DNA of 64,000 nucleotides, from positions 43,674 to 107,673 of the forward strand of contig CAZUTS010000002.1 of assembly GCA_964623375.1 (NCBI GenBank). The letters run 5' to 3'. The stretch's first letter is position 1. Every line of letters starts with the position of its first letter. A model generated the notes under the pieces. It searched no databases and had not been told where the DNA came from. It saw only the letters and a program-made list of their open reading frames with translations. Below are positions 9,098 through 20,337 of the stretch, piece by piece. This DNA is from an uncultured Anaerolineaceae bacterium (GTDB taxonomy: Bacteria > Chloroflexota > Anaerolineae > Anaerolineales > UBA11579). The position numbers and the translations under genes were made by a program.

Positions 9098-12000
9098 TCG
9101 CGCTCGTTCTGCTCTTGGCGCACCACCGCACGCAAGGCGTGCTGCGCCACCAGCGCTTCCAGCAGGCTCAGCAAGCGTGTGCGCCAGTCTGCGGAATCCA
9201 GATGGCCCAGCCACACCGTGTTCTTGCTGGTACGCGTGCCCGCTGGCAGGGTGGAAAACTCCATCGGCTGCTCTTTCTTGCGCGGCGGCGGGAAGCGCAG
9301 GGCAAGTTGCTGGTTCTCTACATTGATTGTGGTCAGCCCGGTGCGTTCGGCCAGTACGCGCACCTGCAACTGGAACAACAGGTTCTGCACTTCGGCGGGT
9401 GGCGGGCCGAAGCGGTCACGGAACTCTTCCTTCAGCGCCTCGATCTCGCTCACATCGTGAATATCCGCCAGGCGGCGGTACAGCTTTAGGCGCATGGCCT
9501 TGTCGCTCACATAGTTGGCCGGAATACCCACCTCGATGGGCAGGTCTACGTTGATGAGCGGGTGATACAAGGTCACGCTCAGTGCACCGGCCTCTGCGCC
9601 AAACCCGCCGGCGCGCTTGATGTCATCCACTGCCTTGGAAAGCAGCCGTGTATATAAATGAAAACCCACAGAGGCGATGAGACCGTGCTGGCGTACGCCC
9701 AATAGGTCGCCTGCGCCGCGTATTTCGAGGTCGCGCATCGCCACGGAGAAGCCCGCGCCGTGCTGCGTGTTCTCGGCGATCGTCTCCAGGCGCTGGCGGC
9801 CTTCGTCGGTCAGGCCGTTCTCCGCATGGCGGAAGAAGTAAGCATAGGCGCGCTGCGCGCCGCGCCCTACGCGCCCGCGTAGCTGGTATAGCTGCGCCAG
9901 ACCGAAGGCATCCGCCCGGTCTACGATGAGCGTGTTGGCGTTGGGAATATCCAGGCCCGATTCGATGATGGTAGTGGTTAGCAACAGGTCGATCTCGCCA
10001 CCCGAGAATTCATTCATGCGTGCCGCCAGTTGGCCTTCGGCCATCTGGCCGTGTGCTACGCCAATACGCACTTCGGGCACCACGCGCTGCAAATGGCCGC
10101 GCATCGCCTCGATGCTGTGCACACGGTTGTGCACAAAGAAGATCTGCCCGCCGCGGTCCAGCTCCCGCAACACGGCGCGCCGCACCAGTTGCTCTGAGTA
10201 GGGGCCAACGTGTGTGACGATCGGCAGGCGCTCTTCTGGCGGCGTGCTAATGGTCGAGATGTCACGCACGCCCGTCAACGCCATATACAGCGTGCGCGGG
10301 ATGGGTGTCGCCGTCATCGTCAGCACATCCACTTCGGTGCGCAGCTTCTTGAGGTGCTCTTTGTGCGCCACACCGAAGTGTTGCTCTTCGTCAATGATCA
10401 CCAGGCCGAGGTCTTTGAACTTGACGTCGGCTTGCACCAGGCGGTGCGTGCCGATGACAATGTCCATCTCGCCCGCGGCCAGCTTGCGAATGGTGTCCTG
10501 TTGCTGCTTGGCATCCCTAAAGCGCGAGAGCATCTCGATGCGCACGGGGAAGGCCGCCAACCGTTGGCGGAAGGTCTCGTAGTGTTGTTGCGCCAGCACG
10601 GTGGTGGGCACCAGCATGGCCACCTGCTTGCCGTCCATCACGGCCTTGAAGGCCGCCCGCAGCGCAATCTCGGTCTTGCCGTAGCCCGCATCACCGCATA
10701 CCAGGCGGTCCATCGGGCGCAGGTTCTGCATGTCCTGCTTTACTTCGGCCAGCACGCGCAGCTGGTCTTCTGTCTCCACGTAGGGGAAGCTGGCTTCAAG
10801 CTCATACTGCCACGGCGAATCAGGCGGGAAGGCGTGTCCCTGCGCCATCTCGCGCTTGGCGTACAGTTCCAACAAGTCTTCGGCGATGGCTTCCACCGCC
10901 CGGCGCACGCGTGATTTGGTGGTGCGCCATTCCTGGCCGCCCAGCCGGTTCAGCGTGGGCGTCTCGCCGCGCGAGCCGATGTAGCGGCTCAGCCGGTCCG
11001 CCTGGTGCACGGGCACATACAGTTGATCGCCGCCGGCATATTCCACCCGCAAGAACTCGCGGGCATTGCCTTCGATCTTGGCTTCCACCAAGCCACGGAA
11101 GATGCCGATGCCGTGGTCAATGTGCACCACCAGCTCTTCGTTCTGCAGGTCTACATAGCCAGCCTCTGGCGCCTGGCTCTCGGCACGCGGCTGGCGGCGC
11201 GGCTGCGGCCGCTCCCAGCCGAAGATTTCGCCATCCGTCAGCAGATGCAGGCGCGGCTCTTTCGCCCCGGCTGCTTCTAGGCTCCAACCCTCGGCCAGGC
11301 TGCCTTCGGCAAACTGCGGGTCGGCCAGGTTGCCGGCGCCATAATTGCGCTCGGCCCACATGTCGCTCAGGCGCGGCGTCTGGCGTGAGACGATGAGCAC
11401 CTCATCGCCCGCATCCAGCGTGTGTTCCACATGGTCCAGCATGGGTTTAAGCTGGCCGCCAAAGCGCGGCCCGGGGCGGAACATGCCGCTCACCGAAGCG
11501 GCGTCTTCGATGGGCAGGGTGGGGCCGAGCTCGATCACGCCGCGCTCGGAGAGTAGCTCTTCCAGCTCAGAGAGTGAGAGGTACGGAGCAGGGTAATCTG
11601 CCGTGAGCGTGCCGGCTTCCAGGTTTTCGTTGCGCAGTTGCAGCGCCTGCGTTTCCAGCTCGCTGATCTGCTCACGCAGCGCGTCCATATCATCCACAAG
11701 GATGAGCGCATCGGCTGGCAAGTAATCGAGCAAGCCGGCGGGTTCTGGGTGCAGCAGCGGAATATGAAATTCGGTGAGGGCGCGCGCTTCCAGGCCCTCA
11801 GGCAACACATCGCCGAGAATGAATTCACGCGCCGGCGGAATCAGCAGCTCGTCAATGGCGTTGATCGTGCGCTGCGTGGCCGGGTCAAAGCGACGCAGGC
11901 TGTCCAGCTCGTCACCAAAATATTCCAGGCGCGCTGGCAGCTCGTCGTGCATCGGCCACAGGTCCAAAATGCCGCCGCGCCGCGCAAACTGGCCGGGGGC

Positions 12001-12537
12001 AATCACGTTCTGGGCGGCTTCGTAGCCCAGGCGCGCCAGCTGCGCTGCTAGCTCGGCTGGCTGGCTGCGCGCCCCGCGCTGCAAGCGCTGCGCCGCCGCA
12101 GCAAATTCAGCCGGCGCCAGCGTGCGCGACATCAGCGCGCGTGCGCTGGCTGTGATGAAGTTTGCCTTCGACCCACTCGCGTCGCCAGGCAACGCCAACC
12201 GCGCCAGAGCGGCCAGGCGCTCGCGCCGTGCCGTTTCGCTCCACGGTGCATTCTCGTAAAACAGTGAGCTGGGTTCAGGGAAATACAACCGCTCCATCGC
12301 TGGCGCCCAGAATCCCAACTCCTCAAAATAGGCCAGAGCGCGGTCACGCCGGTGCGTTAGCAGCAGTACCGTGCGCCCGCTGGCCGCGGCCAGGGCCGCC
12401 GCCAACGGCAGGCGCGCCGAACGGATCAGCCCCAGTTGTAGCGGGCTGTTGCCTGCTTGCGGGCCATCGTCACGGCTCTTCGCCAGCAGCTGCTGGAAGG
12501 CAGGCTGGCGTTGGATGCGCTGCAGCAATTCGCTCAT
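9094..12537 (-). CDS. mfd: Transcription-repair coupling factor
   Basis: 1147 aa with UvrB-homology N-terminus (RRGGILD), CarD-like RID (VVHIDHGIG), [37 protein letters not shown] and a TRCF domain. Confidence 0.97.
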   Translation of the reverse strand: MSELLQRIQRQPAFQQLLAKSRDDGPQAGNSPLQLGLIRSARLPLAAALAAASGRTVLLLTHRRDRALAYFEELGFWAPAMERLYFPEPSSLFYENAPWSETARRERLAALARLALPGDASGSKANFITASARALMSRTLAPAEFAAAAQRLQRGARSQPAELAAQLARLGYEAAQNVIAPGQFARRGGILDLWPMHDELPARLEYFGDELDSLRRFDPATQRTINAIDELLIPPAREFILGDVLPEGLEARALTEFHIPLLHPEPAGLLDYLPADALILVDDMDALREQISELETQALQLRNENLEAGTLTADYPAPYLSLSELEELLSERGVIELGPTLPIEDAASVSGMFRPGPRFGGQLKPMLDHVEHTLDAGDEVLIVSRQTPRLSDMWAERNYGAGNLADPQFAEGSLAEGWSLEAAGAKEPRLHLLTDGEIFGWERPQPRRQPRAESQAPEAGYVDLQNEELVVHIDHGIGIFRGLVEAKIEGNAREFLRVEYAGGDQLYVPVHQADRLSRYIGSRGETPTLNRLGGQEWRTTKSRVRRAVEAIAEDLLELYAKREMAQGHAFPPDSPWQYELEASFPYVETEDQLRVLAEVKQDMQNLRPMDRLVCGDAGYGKTEIALRAAFKAVMDGKQVAMLVPTTVLAQQHYETFRQRLAAFPVRIEMLSRFRDAKQQQDTIRKLAAGEMDIVIGTHRLVQADVKFKDLGLVIIDEEQHFGVAHKEHLKKLRTEVDVLTMTATPIPRTLYMALTGVRDISTISTPPEERLPIVTHVGPYSEQLVRRAVLRELDRGGQIFFVHNRVHSIEAMRGHLQRVVPEVRIGVAHGQMAEGQLAARMNEFSGGEIDLLLTTTIIESGLDIPNANTLIVDRADAFGLAQLYQLRGRVGRGAQRAYAYFFRHAENGLTDEGRQRLETIAENTQHGAGFSVAMRDLEIRGAGDLLGVRQHGLIASVGFHLYTRLLSKAVDDIKRAGGFGAEAGALSVTLYHPLINVDLPIEVGIPANYVSDKAMRLKLYRRLADIHDVSEIEALKEEFRDRFGPPPAEVQNLLFQLQVRVLAERTGLTTINVENQQLALRFPPPRKKEQPMEFSTLPAGTRTSKNTVWLGHLDSADWRTRLLSLLEALVAQHALRAVVRQEQNERE

Positions 12538-13142
12538 TCGCCGCCGTTGAACTTGTTCATCGCCGCCACGATGCCTTCATTCACAAAGGTTTGCATGGCG
12601 TCGCTACAGCGCTTGAGCACGAAGGGCAGCGCCTGTTGCTCGCTGCGCGAAAAGTCTTGCAACACATGGTTGGGCGTACTCATGCGCCCTTTGGGGCGGC
12701 CAACGCCAATGCGCAGGCGCGCAAACTCCTGCGAGCCCAATTTTTGAATGATCGATTTCATGCCGTTCTGCCCACCGGAGCTGCCCTCAGAGCGCAGACG
12801 CAGCGTTTCAAAGGGCAGGTCTACATCGTCAAAGGCCACCAGCAGCTTTTCCATGGGCACTTTGTAGAAGCGCACCAGCTGGCTCACCGAGACGCCGGAG
12901 TTGTTCATGAACGTGCGCGGCTTGGCCAACACAATGCGCCCTTCGCCCGTGCCAGCCTGCGCCACCATCGCCTCGTTCTGCACCTTGGCAAACTTCACCC
13001 CCAGGTCCTCGGCCAGCTTCTCAACGGCCATGAACCCAGCGTTGTGGCGGTTCTCGCGGTACTCTGGCCCCGGGTTTCCGAGGCCGACGATCAAGTAGGG
13101 CGGGTTGCCGCTTTCAGTTTCTTTTGTGCGCTTTCGAAACAT
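12534..13142 (-). CDS. pth: Peptidyl-tRNA hydrolase
   Basis: LIVGLGNPG..Y..NRHNAGF, KPRTFMNNSG and RLRIGVGRP motifs. 4-bp overlap with the mfd start. Confidence 0.96.
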   Translation of the reverse strand: MFRKRTKETESGNPPYLIVGLGNPGPEYRENRHNAGFMAVEKLAEDLGVKFAKVQNEAMVAQAGTGEGRIVLAKPRTFMNNSGVSVSQLVRFYKVPMEKLLVAFDDVDLPFETLRLRSEGSSGGQNGMKSIIQKLGSQEFARLRIGVGRPKGRMSTPNHVLQDFSRSEQQALPFVLKRCSDAMQTFVNEGIVAAMNKFNGGE

Positions 13143-13316
13143 ACATCCTCGTTAAAACCACCTAACCACCACAGCCTGTGCTGGGGTGGTTGTGAATGCA
13201 CCTATTTTAGCATTTTTGTTCTCAAATCTGTGCTTGCCCTGATTCACCTGTAGCTTTCTTTAGAATGAGGTTATGTAGGGTCGTAGCATCTGCGCCGTCA
13301 TGATTGCGGGAGTCGT

Positions 13317-13610
13317 TGTCATCCCGAACGAGGCCGTAAGGCCGAGGAGGGATCCGTCAAAGGTCTGTTCCAAACAATACACATCTGGCAGAAGGGTGGT
13401 ATTGGTTCTTTGTACACATATCAGGTGGCAAATGAAGGGCGTAGCACGGATTCCTCGCTGCGCTCGGAATGACACAAAGTTGGGTTGCTACCCAGATCCA
13501 GCTTCTCGCAAACTCAGGATTCTATGGCGCAGCATGCCCGTAGCTTGTCATTGCGAGGAGTATTACCGCTAAACGGTGCCGCTTTGCGGAAAACTGAGAA
13601 GCAAATCCCC
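13317..13610. repeat. Composite cluster of CGTC-type repeats
   Basis: TGTCATCCCGAACGAG...GGATTCCTCGCTGCGCTCGGAATGACA (13317-13474) followed by a half element TGTCATTGCGAGGAG...GAAGCAAATCCCC (13546-13610). Confidence 0.8.
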
Positions 13611-13640
13611 ACTCCACCCCTGCTTTGCTGTATCACCCAA

Positions 13641-13675
13641 AACAAAAAGCCCAGCCATATGGCTGGGCTTTTGTT
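13641..13675 (-). terminator. Intrinsic terminator after small membrane protein gene
   Basis: AACAAAAAGCCCAGCC-atat-GGCTGGGCTTTTGTT. Confidence 0.75.
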
Positions 13676-13693
13676 GTAAACAATCCTGCAGAG

Positions 13694-13894
13694 CTAGATG
13701 CCCTTAAACGCGGTGGCCACTGCCAGCAGCATAAAGCCAATCAGCACCAGGCCAAAGGCCGAGATGCCCACAGACAGCACGCTTAGCTGGGTCAAAATCC
13801 CCAAAGCACCAAGAATCACTGCGATTACCCAGGTCACTTCCTTTGGCGCAGACAGCACGAGACCCTTGTTGCTTGAACGCTTCTTCTTAGCCAT
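13694..13894 (-). CDS. Small two-TM membrane protein of unknown function
   Basis: 66 aa with a basic N-terminus and two hydrophobic helices. Strong RBS (AAGGAG) and its own terminator. Confidence 0.75.
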   Translation of the reverse strand: MAKKKRSSNKGLVLSAPKEVTWVIAVILGALGILTQLSVLSVGISAFGLVLIGFMLLAVATAFKGI

Positions 13895-13966
13895 AGCTCT
13901 CCTTAGAAAATAGCGGGATATTTCATTCTAGCACCTGCAAAACATCCCCGCGATTACAATCGCCCT

Positions 13967-14848
13967 ATGCAACTGCACCTGGTGGACGGCACCTACGAGC
14001 TCTACCGTAACTATTTCGGCGCGCCGCCGCGCAAAGCGCCAGACGGCCGCGAGATCGGCGCCGCCATCGGCCTGCTGCGCAGCCTGATGGCCATGCTCGA
14101 GCATCCGGATGTTACGCACGTGGCCTATGCCTTCGACCACATCATCGAATCCTTCCGCAATGATCTCTACCTTGGCTACAAAACGGGCGATGGCATTGAG
14201 CCGGACCTGTGGAATCAGTTCCAGATCGCCGAGGACCTGGTAGCCGCCTTCGGCGTCACCGTCTGGTCTATGGTCGAGTTTGAAGCAGACGATGCCCTGG
14301 CCGCCGGCGCCGCCCGCTGGGCCGCTGAGCCGGATGTGGAGCGCATCCTGCTCTGCTCGCCGGATAAAGATCTGATGCAGATGGTGGGCGGCAAAACCGT
14401 GGCCTGGGACCGTCGCCGTGACCTCATTCTGGATGCCGAAGCCGTGCAGGCCAAGTTTGGCGTGCCGCCCGCCAGCATCCCCGATTATCTGGCCCTCGTC
14501 GGCGACTCTGCCGATGGTTATCCCGGCCTGCCGGGGTGGGGCGCCAAATCCGCGGCCAGTGTGCTAGCCGTCTATGGCAGCATCACTAGCATTCCAACCG
14601 ACCCAGCCGCATGGCAGGTGCCTGGCCTCAGCGCCATCCGTGCCGCCAAGCTGGCCGCCACGTTGCAAGCCCAGCACGCCGATGCGCTGCTGTTCCGCAC
14701 CCTGGCTACCCTGCGCACGGATGTGCCGCTGCCGCAAAGCCTGGCCGATCTTGAATGGCGCGGCGCGCGCCCGCAACTGCGCCAGTTGCTAGCCGAGCTC
14801 GGCGCCGAAACCATCGCCGAACGCATTACCCGCTGGCAAAACCCCTAA
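13967..14848 (+). CDS. Stand-alone 5'-3' exonuclease / flap endonuclease
   Basis: LVDGT, AFD..SFRN, EADD, SPDKDL.Q and LVGDSADGYPGLPGWGAKSA (H3TH) motifs. Confidence 0.92.
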   Translation: MQLHLVDGTYELYRNYFGAPPRKAPDGREIGAAIGLLRSLMAMLEHPDVTHVAYAFDHIIESFRNDLYLGYKTGDGIEPDLWNQFQIAEDLVAAFGVTVWSMVEFEADDALAAGAARWAAEPDVERILLCSPDKDLMQMVGGKTVAWDRRRDLILDAEAVQAKFGVPPASIPDYLALVGDSADGYPGLPGWGAKSAASVLAVYGSITSIPTDPAAWQVPGLSAIRAAKLAATLQAQHADALLFRTLATLRTDVPLPQSLADLEWRGARPQLRQLLAELGAETIAERITRWQNP

Positions 14849-14921
14849 CCACAAAGTCACAAAGGCCACAAAGACATCAATTGCATTTCCAACCCTTTGT
14901 GGTCTTCGTGTCTTTGTGGTT
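14847..14921. repeat. CACAAAG-unit palindromic repeat, copy 1
   Basis: AACCACAAAGTCACAAAGGCCACAAAG...CTTTGTGGTCTTCGTGTCTTTGTGGTT, beginning in the exonuclease stop codon. Confidence 0.8.
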
Positions 14922-14958
14922 CATTTTTCCTTATGGTATAGTGTTCACAACTGTTGCT

Positions 14959-15333
14959 ATGTCTGATTCTCGCTCGACCCAAATTGTGAACCGCCTTCGG
15001 GATCTGCAAGCGTCAGCTCCAGACATCATCGCCTCGGCCGTCGTCACCGCAGACGGCCTTTCGCTTGCCTCCAACTTGCCCTCCAATGTAGAAGAAGAGC
15101 GCGTGGCCGCTATGAGCGCCGCCATGCTCAGCCTGGGTGAGCGCATTGCCCAGGAGCTGCAACGCGGCAACATGGAGGAAGTTTACATTCGCGGCGAGGA
15201 GGGTTTGGTGCTGCTCACCGCCATCGGGCGGGATGCCGTGCTCACCACCTTGGCGCGCAGCGAGGCCAAGCTCGGCCTCATGCTGATGGAGATGCGGCGC
15301 ACCGCCGCCGAACTGGAGCCCTATGTCGCATAA
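14959..15333 (+). CDS. Roadblock/LC7 domain protein (MglB-like)
   Basis: SAVVTADGL.LAS, RVAAMSAAMLSLGERIAQEL.RG and AKLGL pattern. Confidence 0.88.
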   Translation: MSDSRSTQIVNRLRDLQASAPDIIASAVVTADGLSLASNLPSNVEEERVAAMSAAMLSLGERIAQELQRGNMEEVYIRGEEGLVLLTAIGRDAVLTTLARSEAKLGLMLMEMRRTAAELEPYVA

Positions 15334-15507
15334 ATGCGGCAGTGCCAACGCCTCCACTGCTTCGCCACTCTACGGAGAGGGGCTCATTCAAGACCCCTCT
15401 CCGTTTCGTTTAACACCCGGTGCGCACATCAGTCGGCGTTGCGTTACTCGACGTGAGCCGAGTAGCAAGGCCAACGCGTGGGCGCAGCCCACGCAAGGAG
15501 TCATGTC

Positions 15508-17154
15508 ATGACGATTAAGTACATATTTGTTACCGGGGGCGTAGTAAGCTCCGTTGGCAAAGGCGTCACCACTGCCGCCATTGGGCGTCTCCTCAAAGAG
15601 CGCGGCTTCAGCGTCGCCGTGCAAAAGCTCGATCCCTACATCAACGTAGACCCGGGCACCATGAGCCCCTATCAGCACGGCGAGGTCTTCGTCCTCAATG
15701 ACGGCTCCGAGACTGACCTCGACCTGGGCCACTACGAGCGCTTCGTAGACATCAACCTCTCCAAGGTCAGCACGCTCACCACCGGCCAGGTGTATGCCGA
15801 GGTCATCGCTAAGGAGCGCCGCGGTGATTACCTCGGCGGCACGATCCAAGTTATCCCGCAAATTACGGATGAGATCAAGCGCCGCGTCGGTATGGTGCCC
15901 GAAAGCACCGGCGCTGAGATCGTCCTCGTCGAGGTTGGCGGCACCGTGGGCGACATCGAGTCGCTACCCTTCATCGAAGCGCTGCGCCAGATCCGTACCG
16001 ATGTCGGACGCGAGAACATCTTCTATATCCACACCACCTGGCTGCCGCACATCGGCGCTACCAACGAGCTCAAGACCAAGCCCACGCAGCACTCCGTGCG
16101 TGAGCTGCGATCGCTGGGCATCTCGCCGCAAATGATCATTGCCCGCGCCGACAAGACCATCACGCCCGACCTCACCGAAAAGATTGCCAAGTTCTGTGAT
16201 GTTGACCGCCGCGGCGTGGTGCCCGTGCCCACCATCGATGTGATGTATGAGATCCCGCTGTTGCTCGAGCGCCTCGGTGTAGCCGACTACATCGTCGACA
16301 CACTCGGCCTGCAGGCGCGGTACAAGCCAGACCTCAGCGCTTGGGAGGCCATCAGTAAATCGGCCCACAAGGACAAGCCCACCGTGCGCATTGCCCTCGT
16401 CGGCAAATATGTTGAGCTGCATGATGCCTACCTCAGCGTCAAAGAGGCCCTGGTGCACGCCGGCCTCGCCCTCGGTGTGGAAATTGAAATTGACTGGATC
16501 CACGCCAGCGAGGTGGAAAAGGGCCGCGGCTGGGATGAGATCCACGCCGCCGACGGTATCCTGGTGCCCGGCGGCTTCGACAGCCGCGGCATCGAAGGCA
16601 AGATTGCCGCCGCCAAGTACGCTCGCGAGAATAAAGTGCCCTACTTCGGCCTGTGCCTCGGCATGCAAATCATGGCCATCGAGTTTGCCCGCAATGTGCT
16701 CGGCTACGGCGAGGCCAACTCCACTGAGTTTGACCCGGCTTCGCCGTATCCCGTGATCGACCTCATGCCGGACCAGCGCGGCATCGCCGAGAAGGGCGCC
16801 ACTATGCGCCTCGGCGTATACCCTTGCCAGCTGGAGCCCGGCAGCGTCGCCGCCGCCGCCTACGGCCAGCCGGTCGTCGAGGAGCGCCACCGCCACCGCT
16901 ACGAGTTCAACAACACCGCCCGCGAGGCGTTTGCTGAGCATGGCATGCGCTTCTCCGGCACCTCGCCGGACAATCGCCTGGTCGAGATCATCGAGGTCGC
17001 CGAGCACCCATACATGCTCGGCACGCAGTTCCATCCTGAGTTCCTCTCGCGCCCCACGCGCCCGCACCCGCTGTTTGCCGCATTCGTCCAAGCCGCGGTA
17101 GAGAAGGCCGCCGCCAAGCTGGAGCTGCCCGCCTCGGTTTCCAGCAGTAGCTAG
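15508..17154 (+). CDS. pyrG: CTP synthase
   Basis: KYIFVTGGVVSSVGKG, KLDPYINVDPGTMSP, GLCLGMQ, ERHRHRYE and QFHPEF motifs. Confidence 0.98.
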   Translation: MTIKYIFVTGGVVSSVGKGVTTAAIGRLLKERGFSVAVQKLDPYINVDPGTMSPYQHGEVFVLNDGSETDLDLGHYERFVDINLSKVSTLTTGQVYAEVIAKERRGDYLGGTIQVIPQITDEIKRRVGMVPESTGAEIVLVEVGGTVGDIESLPFIEALRQIRTDVGRENIFYIHTTWLPHIGATNELKTKPTQHSVRELRSLGISPQMIIARADKTITPDLTEKIAKFCDVDRRGVVPVPTIDVMYEIPLLLERLGVADYIVDTLGLQARYKPDLSAWEAISKSAHKDKPTVRIALVGKYVELHDAYLSVKEALVHAGLALGVEIEIDWIHASEVEKGRGWDEIHAADGILVPGGFDSRGIEGKIAAAKYARENKVPYFGLCLGMQIMAIEFARNVLGYGEANSTEFDPASPYPVIDLMPDQRGIAEKGATMRLGVYPCQLEPGSVAAAAYGQPVVEERHRHRYEFNNTAREAFAEHGMRFSGTSPDNRLVEIIEVAEHPYMLGTQFHPEFLSRPTRPHPLFAAFVQAAVEKAAAKLELPASVSSSS

Positions 17155-17166
17155 CCGCGCCAAATT

Positions 17167-17300
17167 CGTCATTGCGAGGATGGCTGAAAGTTGTATGTTC
17201 ATGCAACTTTCAGCAGACGAAGCAATCCCCAAGCCCATTTTTTGCAACTACATCTTGGAGATTGCTTCGTGCGCAGGCAAGCCTGCGCCTCGCAAAGACG
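17167..17300. repeat. CGTC-type palindromic repeat
   Basis: CGTCATTGCGAG...GACGAAGCAATCCCC...GATTGCTTCG...CTCGCAAAGACG with internal hairpin GCTGAAAGTTG/CAACTTTCAGC. Confidence 0.85.
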
Positions 17301-17337
17301 AACTAAGCCAGGATAAGCACGCGGTCTGGTGTTGGTT

Positions 17338-17372
17338 CTAAAATCTAAAATCTGAAATCAGAAATCTAAAAT
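17338..17372. repeat. Heptamer tandem array
   Basis: TCTAAAA TCTAAAA TCTGAAA TCAGAAA TCTAAAA. Confidence 0.75.
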
Positions 17373-17381
17373 TGGATTTAG

Positions 17382-18683
<1,302 letters not shown>

Positions 18684-18727
18684 AGGTGCCCCAGGGTCTG
18701 GGTGGGGGCTTTACCCCACTCAATCTG

Positions 18728-18865
18728 TTGTCATGCTGAATGAGCGTGCGCAGCAAGCGATATGAAGCATCCATTATTCACCGGGAACTTGCTTGGGTGT
18801 CTGGCTATAAACGAAGCATCCAATGGGGAATTGGGCTTACAAGCTGCTCAATGACTTGAAGCATC
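18728..18865. repeat. Degenerate GTCATGCTGA...GAAGCATC repeat cluster at the left edge of an AT-rich insert
   Basis: TGTCATGCTGAA followed by three GAAGCATC(C/T)A units roughly 45-50 bp apart. Confidence 0.5.
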
Positions 18866-19029
18866 TAATCAAAGGACTTCGTGTAAATTTTGCAGAATTA
18901 GCCTAAGCGCAGTCAGTAGCACTTGAGCGCTTAACACTTATGAAAACTGGGGAAATTCGTAGGTAGCATCCTTAAAGGGAGAGTCCATAATGAGTTAACA
19001 ATTGTTCATCAGAGATATGGAGAGCAGAG

Positions 19030-19860
19030 ATGATTGCCGAGAGAAAAACTGCTTTTACTCTTCTTTTGTTGCTAAGCATATTGCTTTCTGCTGCATTACC
19101 CTTTGAAACAAGGAAAGCGCAAGATCCAATAGATGGCAATGATCTCTCAGAGGGGGATTTGGCTGTTTCAGGCCGTAAGGTTAACGGAACACAATGCCAG
19201 TTTGAAGAGTTTGCGGTTTCAACAACTCCCTTAGGTGATGGTTCAATTACTTGGCTGGGTTTAAGACTAGACGAGAACTGTAACCTAATAGTAGGTGCAA
19301 AATGGATAGGATTATTGGAAGATGGTCCTGCCGAAGTGGTTGATCCGCTGTTTGCGTTGTTACCAAATGCAACTGAACCAGCCCGCGAGGCGCCCATCTC
19401 AGAAAGTAACTTTACTAGTCTAGTTTCCTATCGCCAACAAACATGTAAAACTAGCAATCAGTACATTTATATGTATGGCCTCGCCGGGTCAGGGGATAAG
19501 CTTACTCACAAATGGGGCAGCCTAACCTTCTGCTATAACGGTACAACCGCCACTATTAGCTCTCATACTGGCTCATGCAATGGTTCACAACCATTTTCAT
19601 GGACTTGGGTGTTGGATGGATGCGTAACAACATTTGTCGTTCCCGGGCCTGCTGCTACTGTTTACCGTGCGGGCCGCGGGGACTATCATTGCTCTCCAAT
19701 TAGTCAATTCCCTTGTAATGCTTCCAACCCGGATGGGTATTTTCATAATTTGCAGGATACTGAATACGGAAACTCCAATGGGTCTTCCACGTGTGTTTAC
19801 AGCTATGGCGGGGTCATAGTTTTGGGGGTTGGCAGGGATATTCTCCAAGGCTGTAGTTAA
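19030..19860 (+). CDS. Secreted Cys-rich protein of unknown function
   Basis: Signal-peptide-like N-terminus and 10 Cys, 8 of them in the C-terminal half. DNA is visibly AT-richer than flanking eno. Confidence 0.75.
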   Translation: MIAERKTAFTLLLLLSILLSAALPFETRKAQDPIDGNDLSEGDLAVSGRKVNGTQCQFEEFAVSTTPLGDGSITWLGLRLDENCNLIVGAKWIGLLEDGPAEVVDPLFALLPNATEPAREAPISESNFTSLVSYRQQTCKTSNQYIYMYGLAGSGDKLTHKWGSLTFCYNGTTATISSHTGSCNGSQPFSWTWVLDGCVTTFVVPGPAATVYRAGRGDYHCSPISQFPCNASNPDGYFHNLQDTEYGNSNGSSTCVYSYGGVIVLGVGRDILQGCS

Positions 19861-20246
19861 TGGAGGGTTCTGCTCGTAACGATAAAAGGAATTTCCTTTT
19901 TAGATTTGTCAGAGTGGTTGCATTTCTGCTATGCACTATAGTAGTACTGTATTCCGCTTGGTTGTTCGTGGTTGGGCAGCCAGGTTTTTTGGTGTTTGAG
20001 AACTCAGATACGGGCTTTGTGACTTACACTCCTTCGCCAATAGCGATAGTTCCATTTTTTGCAGGTCTGCTGACTTTCTGGGGGTTGGTTAAAAAGAACT
20101 CCACCACTTCGTGGATCGGTGCAATTCTCTTATCTGTCTTTTCTCTACTAGCTTTATTTGGAGTAGGGAGCTACTTCATAGTGCCGGCCTTGCTGCTGCT
20201 CGCCAGCCTAGTGATTTTTTATCTGTATGATCAACAAGTTCCTTAA
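19860..20246 (+). CDS. Small multi-TM membrane protein of unknown function
   Basis: Three to four hydrophobic helices. TAATG stop/start overlap with the upstream gene. Confidence 0.75.
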   Translation: MEGSARNDKRNFLFRFVRVVAFLLCTIVVLYSAWLFVVGQPGFLVFENSDTGFVTYTPSPIAIVPFFAGLLTFWGLVKKNSTTSWIGAILLSVFSLLALFGVGSYFIVPALLLLASLVIFYLYDQQVP

Positions 20247-20337
20247 AGGCATACGAGTACAAATGTCTATATATTGCAAAAGACCCTTGGGGGTATTCTA
20301 TAGTTATGTCTAAGTTCTATAAAGGCAGTTTTGAATA

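Noticed and set aside
15964-17247. Long antisense or alternate-frame ORFs (also 4600-5583, 12162-13253, 24767-26029, 36098-37189, 37619-38626 and many others)
   Set aside because: They shadow well-supported genes on the other strand in high-GC DNA and have no motifs or RBS.
20256-20268. LexA-like AGTAC-AAAT-GTCT before the solo LuxR
   Set aside because: The right half-site is poor and such matches are expected by chance in AT-rich DNA.
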